Positions 55,192 to 64,000 of a DNA stretch of 64,000 nucleotides are shown here, piece after piece. The first letter of the stretch is position 1. Each line of letters opens with the position of its first letter. A program made the position numbers and the translations under genes. Location: positions 1-64,000 of the forward strand of contig MEDY01000102.1 of the NCBI GenBank assembly GCA_001724265.1, written 5' to 3'. This DNA comes from Rhizaria sp. SCN 62-66 (lineage: Eukaryota). The notes beneath the pieces were generated by a model, which was not told the DNA's origin, made no database searches, and worked only from the letters and a program-made list of their open reading frames with translations.

Positions 55192-55798
55192 CAAACGCCT
55201 TCTGTGGGACCGAAAATGCACGGAACAAAGGAGGCAAATGGACAGGTTAAGTGATAAAGGCAAAGGTGGTGAAGGTGCACTTCAACGGTGAAGTTGGGCC
55301 TCGGGCGAACGGCCGAAACCACACCAAGGCATCCTCCTGATGTAGTGAAAAATAATGCACATACAAGACAATGCATATTCTCAATCATATTGCATCTACA
55401 GTGGAATCCAAGGAATTTAATAGACCGTTAATGCTCGATGAAATTGAGCTTGGCAGAAACGGTTGTGAGGCTTTGGTCGCAAAATCGCTGGTGGAATTGG
55501 GACCGAAAAAGTGGAAGATGTGAGCCGAGATGGTCGATACAAAAATGATTGCAGATCCGTTGATAATCATGGAAATGGCATTGTTTTTTTTCAACAAGTT
55601 ATACATTTGAGATGTATTTGGGTTATTTTAACCGCGATTTGTTCGGATGTCTCGATACCTCGCTATCCGGTGTAACCCAAACCCCTTCTCATCAGTCAGT
55701 TCTCGCTCTTATCTTGTCTCCCTGCGTTTCGCTCCAGCACGCCAGCTCCCCCACTCCCCAACCTGTCCGCTTTGCCCGGGACCCTCTGCACACACTTG

Positions 55799-57679
55799 AT
55801 GGCCGACTCGGACGCGGGCGCTTCTGCGGATGAGCTCTCGCAGGTGCTGTACACGGCGCTGGAAGACGGCGGCGTGCTCGGCTCCCTCAGCGGCCAACTC
55901 CGCGCTAAGCTCTTCGAGATCGTCGCCGGTTCGCCGCAGCCCAAGCCGCCGCTGTCGCACGTCAACCTTATCCTCAACGAGCTCATTGTCGAGTACCTCG
56001 CCTTCAACGGCTTCGCGCATGCCGCGTCCGTGCTGGAGCTCGAGTCCGGCATGCCCGCTTCGCGACTGACAAAGCCGTTGCTCGCGGACGCCGTTAACAT
56101 CCCCCTGACGCCCGCGGCGCGCGCCGTGCCACTGCTGTACTCTGTGCTTGCCACGCTTGCGCAGACGCAGTACCAGGACCCTACGCCCGCACAGCCCGCC
56201 TCCTACGCGGCGCCCACTGCCTCCTCCTCAGCCTCCGCTGCTGGTACTGCTCCTGGTGCTGCTCATGCGCCTTGCTCTAATGGGGCCGCTCGGCCTGCTG
56301 GCGCTGCTGCGTCGGGCAACAACAAGCCCCGCAGCGGCAACGGCCGCCCGCCCCGCGCCAGCGCTGCCCCTGGAGGCCCTGGCGCCGCGACTGCTGGCAC
56401 TGCTGCCGGCGATGCTGGTAGCGGTGCTGCGAGCGGTGCTGCTCACGAGGGCGAGGTTGAGCTCAAAGGCGACACTGAGCCTGAGCCGCTCTTCTTCCGC
56501 CGCCCTCCCCCGCCCGCCGGCGCTGCTGCTGCTACTGCTGCTTACGGCCACGGCCACGCCTACGGTCATGGGAATGAGAATCGAAGTGGGAGCGGCTACA
56601 ACAATGGCAGGGATTTGAGTTCGTTGCCGCTGCATGAGCACGGTCTCGCTCTCCGCCGTCTCCCGGGCGACAGCGGCGCTCATAATAACGAGCACCATCA
56701 ACAGTATCAACAACAGTATCCGCCGCAGCAAGGGTATGAGTCGCCGCGGCGTCCTCTGCACCCGCACTCTCGGTCACAGTCGCCTTACCGCCACCACGGT
56801 CACCCTGGCGCTGCCCACGGTCACCCCATGCGCCCGCCGCCTGGCTCCCCTGGCAGCATGGGCCCTCTGTGCCCGCCGTCCGCTGCAGCATCGTCGTCGT
56901 CGTCGGCTGCCGTCGCCGCCGCAGCAGCAGCAGCAGCAGCAGCGTCAGCCGCTGTCGCGAGCGCTATCAGCCACGATCCCGCCTATAGCAACAGCGCGGC
57001 GCAGCGGGCGCAGTACGGCGGCGACAGCTACGGCTACGGCGGTTACGACGCCAGCTATGGACACAACACCAACAGCTATGGCTACAACACCAACTACTAC
57101 GACCAGCAACAGCCGCAGCAGCAGCCGCCGCAGCAGCAGCTGGGCTATCCTGCGTACTACGATCACGGCTACCGCGGCGCCGGCTTTGGCAGCCCCTCCG
57201 CGGCGGCGGCGCCGGCGCGCGGGTCCTCAGACGGTCTCAGTGCATCCGCGGCCAATATCAGCGGTGGCGATGGCGGCGATGTGGAGAGCCAGCTGTCGCG
57301 CATTGAGCGGCTCCAAGAGGAGTTTTACCGCGCGACTGCGGTTATGGCCGCCGCCGCAGCCGCTGCGGACGACCAGGCGCCGCAACAGCAGCTGCAGCAA
57401 CAGCAGCAGCCGCCACAGGCTCGGATGAACCGCAAGAACAGTCAGTACCAGCAGCAGCATCAGAAGCAGCAGCAGCAGCAGCAGCAGCGGCCTCTGTCGC
57501 GGCCCCGCACGGCCTCTGGCGCTGGCCCCCACGCGCACAGCTACGCCTACGGCGGCGCCGCTCACAACGGCAATAGCGGCGGCCACGGCGTCGCCGGGTT
57601 TGTCGGCGCGATAGGGGGCAGCTCGCGGGCCAGGACTGGCTCGGTCGGGCGCGGGGGCGCAAGCGGCGCCTGGAAGTGA
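55799..57679 (+). CDS. CEP20: CEP20/FOR20-like LisH centriolar protein with a long low-complexity C-terminal extension
   Basis: ELSQVL..ALE..GVLG.L..QLRA.LF (TOF motif), NLILNELI.EYL.FNG..HAASVL..ESG (LisH) and VPLLYSVL. Stop is TGA. Confidence 0.8.
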   Translation: MADSDAGASADELSQVLYTALEDGGVLGSLSGQLRAKLFEIVAGSPQPKPPLSHVNLILNELIVEYLAFNGFAHAASVLELESGMPASRLTKPLLADAVNIPLTPAARAVPLLYSVLATLAQTQYQDPTPAQPASYAAPTASSSASAAGTAPGAAHAPCSNGAARPAGAAASGNNKPRSGNGRPPRASAAPGGPGAATAGTAAGDAGSGAASGAAHEGEVELKGDTEPEPLFFRRPPPPAGAAAATAAYGHGHAYGHGNENRSGSGYNNGRDLSSLPLHEHGLALRRLPGDSGAHNNEHHQQYQQQYPPQQGYESPRRPLHPHSRSQSPYRHHGHPGAAHGHPMRPPPGSPGSMGPLCPPSAAASSSSSAAVAAAAAAAAAASAAVASAISHDPAYSNSAAQRAQYGGDSYGYGGYDASYGHNTNSYGYNTNYYDQQQPQQQPPQQQLGYPAYYDHGYRGAGFGSPSAAAAPARGSSDGLSASAANISGGDGGDVESQLSRIERLQEEFYRATAVMAAAAAAADDQAPQQQLQQQQQPPQARMNRKNSQYQQQHQKQQQQQQQRPLSRPRTASGAGPHAHSYAYGGAAHNGNSGGHGVAGFVGAIGGSSRARTGSVGRGGASGAWK

Positions 57680-58060
57680 GCATATGACGGTATATAATAG
57701 TGCAATGAAAAATACGCATGTATTTGTACTCGATTTGCGATATAATTCCCCGGGCAAGAAGCAAGAGTTGCTAGAATAGTGCTGCTTGAGGTACTATCGT
57801 TGACCGAGGGCCAACGCTGATTGCCGACTGCGAACTCCTTTTGTCTCTGTCTCGAATGTGAACTTTGAAAACGAATGAAACACCCATGATACATACTCTT
57901 TTAACGCGATTTTGTCTTGAAGCGCCTTCCTACATCGAGATATCTTCTCACTTTTGACCTTGTGCGGTCTGCTTTTGTGCTTTGTGGCTGGCACTGATGT
58001 TTGAGTGTGGGGTCACTAAAATTGAAGCAACTAGCGCCCAGCGACCGTCAACACGGAATC

Positions 58061-60291
58061 ATGAAGCACTACATGTTTTTCATTGTTGCCTTGCTAGCGC
58101 AATTATATATTGCGCTCGCAGGAGACAATCTTGACGACCCCAACTCTCGTCTTGTCACTCTCACCGGTCCGTCTCATACTCCCGCCTAGCACTTCAACAG
58201 AACATCTCTCCTGCTATGTAATCTGATTGTTTTCGCAATGTCGCATTGTCATTGTATAACCATGGTGTCATTGTACTTGTCACTTGTGGAATTACTCTTA
58301 CAACACCAATTCACAATAATCTCAATACTCCTTCCCGCCTCTCGCCAACAGACGACAACTTCGCTGCCGTAACTGCGACGGGCTCGTGGATCCTGGACTT
58401 TTACGCGCCGTGGTGCGGGCACTGCCAGAAGCTCGCGCCAGTGCTCGCGGACGCGGGCCGCACTGCCGCAGACCAGGACCTGCCCGTGCGCTTCGGCCTG
58501 ATCGACTGCACGGTGCAGACCGAGCTCCGCGCCCGCTTCAACGTCAAGGGCTACCCGACGCTGCTCTTTTACCGTGACGGCGAGGCGCGTCAGTACCGCA
58601 ACCCGCGCACGCTGGACGGACTTCTGTCCTTTGCGCGCGCCATGACTGCCCCGCCCGTCTCCGCCGCGGACTCGTTCGCCGTGATCGACCGCGCGACCAA
58701 GCTCCCCGTGCACAACGGCCTCACCGAGCACCGCACCGCGTTCGTCTTCCTCGGTCCACCCGGCGACGAGCAGGCCGCGTTCCAGCGCGCCGCCGCCAAG
58801 TTGCAGGGCGTGGCAACCTTTCTGGCGCCCGGCGGCACCGTCTCAGACGCCGCGCTGGCCGAGGCCGCAGAGCTGGCCCCCGCCGCGGCGCTCGCGGCGG
58901 CCCCCGGCGGCGTCAAGGACGCCATGTACGCGCTGATGCAGCGGCTGGACATCCGCGAAGAGTTCCTCCCCGTCGTTGCCGCGGTGTCCCCCGGCATGAC
59001 GAACAAGTTCTTTGCGGGCCCCTTTGACGATGGTGCCCTGCGGCACTGGCTCGACGCCAACAAGCTGCCCCTCGTGAGCACGCTGTCGCCGATCAACTTC
59101 GAGGACATCATGAACACGGGCAAGCTCGCCGTGCTGGTCATCACGGACGACCGCTACGAGCTGGCGAACCCCTACATCAGCAACTTCCTCCCCACGGCGG
59201 CCCGCTTCGCGCGCGACTTCACCTTTGCCGCCATGGACGGCAGCAAGTTCCTGCCTTACTTGCAGCAGTTCGGCGTCACCAAGGAGCACCTGCCGACTCT
59301 GCTCGCGCTCGACTACCCCAACGACCTGTTCTTCGTCGACGACGCGCTGCTGGAGCGCGGCGAGGGCATCTACGACTCCGCCGGCCAGACCGCGTTCCTC
59401 GAAGGATTACTCTCGGGCGCGCTGCGGCCGCGCACGACGACGCGGTGGTACTCGCTCGTGCGGTACCAGCGCATGCTTGAGCGGTGGGCGGGCGCGCTGA
59501 CCGAGGGGCAGCTCATCGCCGTCGTGCTCCTGGTGATGCTGCTGCTCACGGGCGTCATGCTCGGCGGCTGCTACTACATGGTGATGCAGGATGACAAGAC
59601 CTCGGCTGACGCAGACGCCGTCAAGCGCGACCAAGACCGGCTGGCCGAGCTCAAGGCCCAGCGCGCGCGTGTGCAAGACGCCGTCGGCCGCGTCCAGGCG
59701 CAGCGCGCGGACCGGGGCGCCGCAGCGGCCGCCGTGCGCGCCGCGGAGCAGGCCGAGGCGGCCGCTCGCAGGGCCGGCGGTGGCGGCGACGCGCTGGCCA
59801 AGGCTGTCGCCGCGCGCGTCGCGAAGCAGGAGGCTGTGCGTGAGATCGACGGAAAAACGGCCCAGGCAGAGGCCGAGGCCGTGGCCGCAATGGCCAAGGC
59901 GCGTAAGATCGCTGAAACGCTCTCTGCCAACTCCGCCAAGCCGAATACCAATGCGAACAACAGCAACAGCAACAGCAATGCTAAGCCTGCTGCGGCTGGT
60001 GCTGCTGCTGCTGCTGGTGCGGCGACTGGTGCTGCTGCTGCTGCTGGTGCGGCGACTGGTGCTGCGAATGCGAGTGGTAGCGCGGAGGTTGGCGAGGAGG
60101 AGGACGAGGACGAGTACGAGTGGGTCGACGAAGACGAAGACGAGGACGACGATGGCAGTCAAAACAACACCGCTCATCAAAAGAGCTCCGATGCTACTCA
60201 GGCTTCCTCTTCTGCTGCGACGATTCAGGGACAGCAGGAGGGCGAGGAAGGCCTGCGCATGCGTCCTGGCGCTGTGTACGAGCTCGACTAA
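58061..60291 (+). CDS. TMX3-like transmembrane protein disulfide isomerase (signal peptide, a-b-b' thioredoxin domains, TM helix, coiled-coil and acidic tail; exons 58061-58166 and 58352-60291)
   Basis: Signal peptide, spliced LVTLT|DDNF, FYAPWCGHCQKLAP, F.VKGYPT, redox-inactive thioredoxin folds and one TM helix (LIAVVLLVMLLLTGVMLGG). Donor is GTCCGT. Stop is TAA. Confidence 0.82.
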
Positions 60292-61108
60292 GTCTCTTGT
60301 TTTGTTCTGGGACTCAGCAAAGAAAACGAATATTGATAATACCTACGATCACACTGCAAGCTGTGACACATTTGATAGATAGCATACATATTTCGATATA
60401 TCCCAGAATTAAAGCGTTAAAGATAAAGTTATAATTTTAATTGCATGCGAATATTTATGAAACTTGTCTTGATCAAAATAGATGACAGCAAGTTCCTCTT
60501 TCATTTGAAACTAAATGTGCGGCTGAGAAGGCTGACCGGACGATGGGTTGCGGGGAAGAAGTCTTGGGAAAATAGGACCGAAGGGAAGGTCGAGGCGAGC
60601 TCGTGGTCGCTGGCCTGGAGAAAATTAAGCCGCGTGGCTGCTTTGAGGAAAACCTCTCGACCCACTTTCGCAGGCTCTAACGGCGATTCCTAGCCTTGTT
60701 CGTCAGTGATTATATAGTTTGCTTCATTTCAGACTCTATATTGTTTGCACAGCATCTTAACACGAAACGGCGCTTCGAGGTAGAGATCGCCGGTTGGGCT
60801 CCTCGTCTCGCGAACCCAGCCCATGAACGACATCAGACTTTGTGGAATAGCAGCCCTGCACAGACACGCTAACGCTGACTGATTACCAAAATGGAATACT
60901 ATGTTTGTCTAGAACCGGAGTGTTCCCTTGCATGCCTCTTACGGCCTCGTGTCCGCGCAATAGTCGCACTTTTGCCCTAGCCTTCAACTCACCCTCTCTC
61001 ACCATCATCCCCTCCTTCTTCTCTGTCCCTCTGTCCCCTATCATCGCTTTGTTACAACATGTTGCTTTTCTTTGACGATTTTCTGCGTGTATAGAAAGAC
61101 TCGGAGTC

Positions 61109-62209
61109 ATGAAGCTCCTCGTCTTTACGGTGTTTTCGCTCCTCGTGGCGATCCTTGGCGCGGCTACCGCCCACACCTTCGCCTCCGCCGGCGACCTCGA
61201 CGCCGAGATGCCCGTCTCCGTCGTCGCTGCTGAGTCCGCCGTGGCTGCCGACGCCTTTGACGTCTCCCTCTTGGCTGTTGATTCCGAGATTGACGCAGAG
61301 CGCCCCCGTGCTCGCGCTGCTCCCGCTCGCCCCGCCGCCCGCAAGGCCGGCGTTGCCCGCAAGGCTGGCCGCGCCGTCAAGCGCGTCGCCCGCAAGGCTG
61401 GCCGTGCTGTGAAGCGTGCTGGTCGCGCTGTCAAGCGTGCTGGTCGCAAGATTCTCCGCAAGCTCGGCAAGGGTAAGAAGGGTCGGAAGGTCGCTCGCAA
61501 GGGTGGCAAGAAGGCTCGCAAGGCTGGCCGCAAGGGTGTCCGCAAGGCTGGCCGCAAGGGTGTCCGCAAGGCTGGCCGCAAGGGTGTCCGCAAGGCTGGT
61601 CGCAAGATCGGCCGCAAGGGCAGCAAGAAGGGCGTCCGCAAGGGTCGCAAGGCTGGCAAGAAGGGCGCCCGCAAGGGTCGCAAGGCTGGCAAGAAGGGCG
61701 CCCGCAAGGGTCGCAAGGCTGGCAAGAAGGGCGCCCGCAAGGGCCGCAAGGCTGGCAAGAAGGGTGCTCGCAAGGCTGGCAAGAAGGGTCGCAAGGGCGC
61801 TCGTAAGGCTGGCCGCCGCAGCGCCAACTCCGGCCTGCGCACCAAGAACACTCCCCGCGCGTCCGGCTCCAACGACGCCGCACACAAGGCGAGCGTCGTT
61901 GCGATGCAGAGCGAGATCCGCGACCTGAAGCAGGCCATCGTGAACCTGCGCCAGGACAGCCGCAACGCGCTCAAGGGCGGCTTCGGCCCTGTCGGCCGTC
62001 TGTCGCACATCCCCGAGGCGAACCTCGTCAACGGTTACGAGAAGAAGCAGGACCACGCCGCTCTTTACGCCACGGCCGTGCCCAAGGAGACTCGCCCTGT
62101 CACCAAGGCTGACGACTTCTACTCCGTCAACCTCGGCACTGATGCTAAGTCGCTCTCCAAGCTGACCCGCACCATGGCTGCAAAGGATGACATCTCCCTC
62201 GTCTTCTAA
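61109..62209 (+). CDS. Secreted Lys/Arg/Gly-rich tandem-repeat protein of unknown function
   Basis: Signal peptide MKLLVFTVFSLLVAILGAATA, an acidic segment, about 190 aa of RKAGRKGV / RKGRKAGKKGA repeats, a short coiled coil and a unique tail. Strongly biased codons (AAG, CGC, GCT, GGT) resemble those of RPL37A. Stop is TAA. Confidence 0.8.
   Translation: MKLLVFTVFSLLVAILGAATAHTFASAGDLDAEMPVSVVAAESAVAADAFDVSLLAVDSEIDAERPRARAAPARPAARKAGVARKAGRAVKRVARKAGRAVKRAGRAVKRAGRKILRKLGKGKKGRKVARKGGKKARKAGRKGVRKAGRKGVRKAGRKGVRKAGRKIGRKGSKKGVRKGRKAGKKGARKGRKAGKKGARKGRKAGKKGARKGRKAGKKGARKAGKKGRKGARKAGRRSANSGLRTKNTPRASGSNDAAHKASVVAMQSEIRDLKQAIVNLRQDSRNALKGGFGPVGRLSHIPEANLVNGYEKKQDHAALYATAVPKETRPVTKADDFYSVNLGTDAKSLSKLTRTMAAKDDISLVF
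61517..61768 (+). repeat. Coding tandem repeats: 24-nt unit x3 plus two variants, then 33-nt unit x4
   Basis: cgcaaggctggccgcaagggtgtc occurs three times at 61517-61588. cgcaagggtcgcaaggctggcaagaagggcgcc occurs four times at 61637-61768, the last copy a variant. Confidence 0.9.
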
Positions 62210-62693
62210 GTAATTCAGTCAGCGATGGCGGGATAAAGGCTGGTAGGTGTGACGGATGACTGTAGACCGTCACACATGTGTGTAAATGCGAACTTGTGAT
62301 TGGAGAAAGCGGCGTAAACTGATGTACATATGCTGATGTTTATGCGCTGATTGTTAAAAATATCACAAGACATCATTAATACAAAAGAATTTGAATCTCT
62401 GTCGTGCTTGAATCGGTAAATTCTATGGTGAGCTTGCCACCACAACTCGAAATTGGGAGTGAGGGCCAAGGAGCTAAATTAGAACACCCCGTATGCACTC
62501 ATTTGATCGTCAATATGGATTCAACGAGCAATTTCTATACTGGCGCTATTTATATTGTTCTATTTCTAAAATTGGTATTTGTTCCTGTCCTTATCTCTGT
62601 ATCAACCATAATAATGACGCTCTCGCTCCCGCAGCTCGACCCCCCACTCCAGCATCCTCGTTCCGCGCTCTCGCCGCCCGCCCTGCACCTGCC

Positions 62694-64000
62694 ATGAGCG
62701 ACCAGCCCACGCCCACATCAGTGACGGCCCCATTGCAGGCGCACTTTGAGGCCGTGGTCCGCGACAAGGCCGGGAAGGTCCTCGCCGCGTGCCCCGACGC
62801 CTTCGACTCCAACCTCACACCGGAACAGCAGGCCCGCGCGCGCCGCGCTGTCGAGAACGCAAGTACGTCCCAACTACCGGCTTCATACGCACTCTCTGCG
62901 TTTACTGTAGTCTTTTTGTAAACATTTCGTGATGCTTTTATTTCATCGGACGCTTTTAATTCTGTGAAATTGTTCGAGTTGTATTCACAGTTCTTCCGTT
63001 ACGAACATGCTCATGGACATTGTTTATTGTCTGCTGTCCCGGATTTCTTGTCCCCGCAGCCCGTGACCCAGATGACTCGGTTGCCGACATTATGCAGTTT
63101 GTGTCGTTTGCCATCTTTGCGATTTTGCTCGCCATCGTCTACATCTTCACCGGCATCAACGTTCCTGCCATCGCACTTGGTACGCTCATAGACTGCGCCA
63201 AATCCGAAGCAAACCCGGAAATAACTTTATACACGTAAATACTGGTAATATTTTGTTGTTTCTTATTGTGTTTTCGCTCGATTTGCGCTTATTCTGTTTA
63301 TCTCCATTTGTTTTCCTCATTTCCCTATAGCCGGCATCGACCGCCTGCTGGATCCCACCCCAGCCCCTGACCCGGCCCTGCTCGCAGTCGCGCACACCGC
63401 CGCCGCCGCCGCCGCGGTCTCGGCCCCGCAGTTGGCCCGCGCCTACGCCATCCTCGACGCCGCCGCGGCCGCCGCAGCCGCCGCCCTGGCCTCCACCTGC
63501 GCAGCGACTGTGACTGGGAGAGTGACTGTGAGCACTGCGACTACGGCAGCTCCCGGCTGGCAGTGGCGCCTTGTTTCCTCTGCGGCCGCCGACGCCGCAC
63601 CCGTGTTCGAGCCCGTGACCGAGGCCGGTGCGCGCGCTCTGACCGCCGCCGTCCTCGCCGCGCTCCCCGCCGCCCCCGCCTTCCCCATAGAAGCCGCCCC
63701 CGCAGCCGCCACAGCCACTACGACCGCGCCAATCGACCCCCCGCGGTCGCCCCCGCCCCGCACCGCGGCCCGCGTGAACCTCACCTGGCGCGGCGGCCTC
63801 CGCGGCGTCTGGAACTACTTCACCTTCGCCACGGCTCGCACCGCACGTCTCGCCTCTCGCGCCGGTCTGTTACCCAGCGCGCTCGTTGACTGGGCCACCG
63901 GCGACGGCGCCGCCGCGCGCAACCCCTACGTCTCCGTCTCGCTCCCGCCCGCCGGCTTAGACGGCGCGACCGCGGCATCGCCGAACGCCGCGGTGGCGTG
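62694..64000 (+). CDS. Uncharacterised membrane protein, 3' partial (exons 62694-62862, 63060-63179, 63331 to beyond 64000)
   Basis: Two GTACG...AG introns join one open frame containing a TM helix (IMQFVSFAIFAILLAIVYIFTGI). GC-rich coding-like composition continues to the window end. Confidence 0.7.

Noticed and set aside
59990-60065. 30-nt direct duplication in the PDI gene, and a 12-nt tandem at about 53286-53310
   Set aside because: These are simple slippage repeats with no spacers or terminal repeats, so they are neither CRISPR arrays nor mobile elements.
61431-61883. Cys/Pro-rich repeat ORF (CDPCGRPSCQP) resembling a metallothionein or keratin-associated protein
   Set aside because: It is the reverse-complement reading of the Lys/Arg repeat gene. 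The plus-strand frame has the ATG, the signal peptide and the codon bias.
1-64000. tRNA (including a CUA-anticodon suppressor), rRNA, SL RNA, CRISPR array or intact transposon
   Set aside because: None was recognisable by eye. A covariance-model scan would be needed to exclude small RNAs.

Overview
Gene-dense nuclear DNA from a flagellated eukaryotic microbe; the lineage cannot be determined from this window. GC-rich exons alternate with AT-rich introns of about 100-260 nt, whose donors are almost all GTACG. I reconstruct 23 protein-coding genes: CCT8, PET117, SRP72, NAT9-like, G3BP-like, a secreted PG-binding/YkuD protein, a TBC RabGAP, RPL37A, CRYZL1, an ABCB6/HMT1-like transporter, TSEN34, a BT1 transporter, FAM92, NDUFAF5, a P4-ATPase, a PH...WCA actin nucleation-promoting factor, a dynein light chain, EMG1, CFAP45, CEP20, a TMX3-like PDI, a secreted Lys/Arg-rich protein and a partial membrane protein. 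The top finding is a probable non-standard nuclear genetic code in which UAG is a sense codon while UAA and UGA still terminate. None of the 22 visible gene ends uses TAG (14 TAA, 8 TGA), and two genes carry an in-frame TAG upstream of conserved domains (CRYZL1 at 20479-20481 and the WCA protein at 50280-50282). Two sites are limited evidence, and apparent deletions in CCT8 and RPL37A show that the assembly may contain errors. Other leads are splice-acceptor signals just before most start codons (possible spliced-leader trans-splicing), a eukaryotic L,D-transpeptidase-family protein, an EF-hand inside a flippase, and a secreted polycationic repeat protein. All calls are by eye from motif recognition; no database searches were run.
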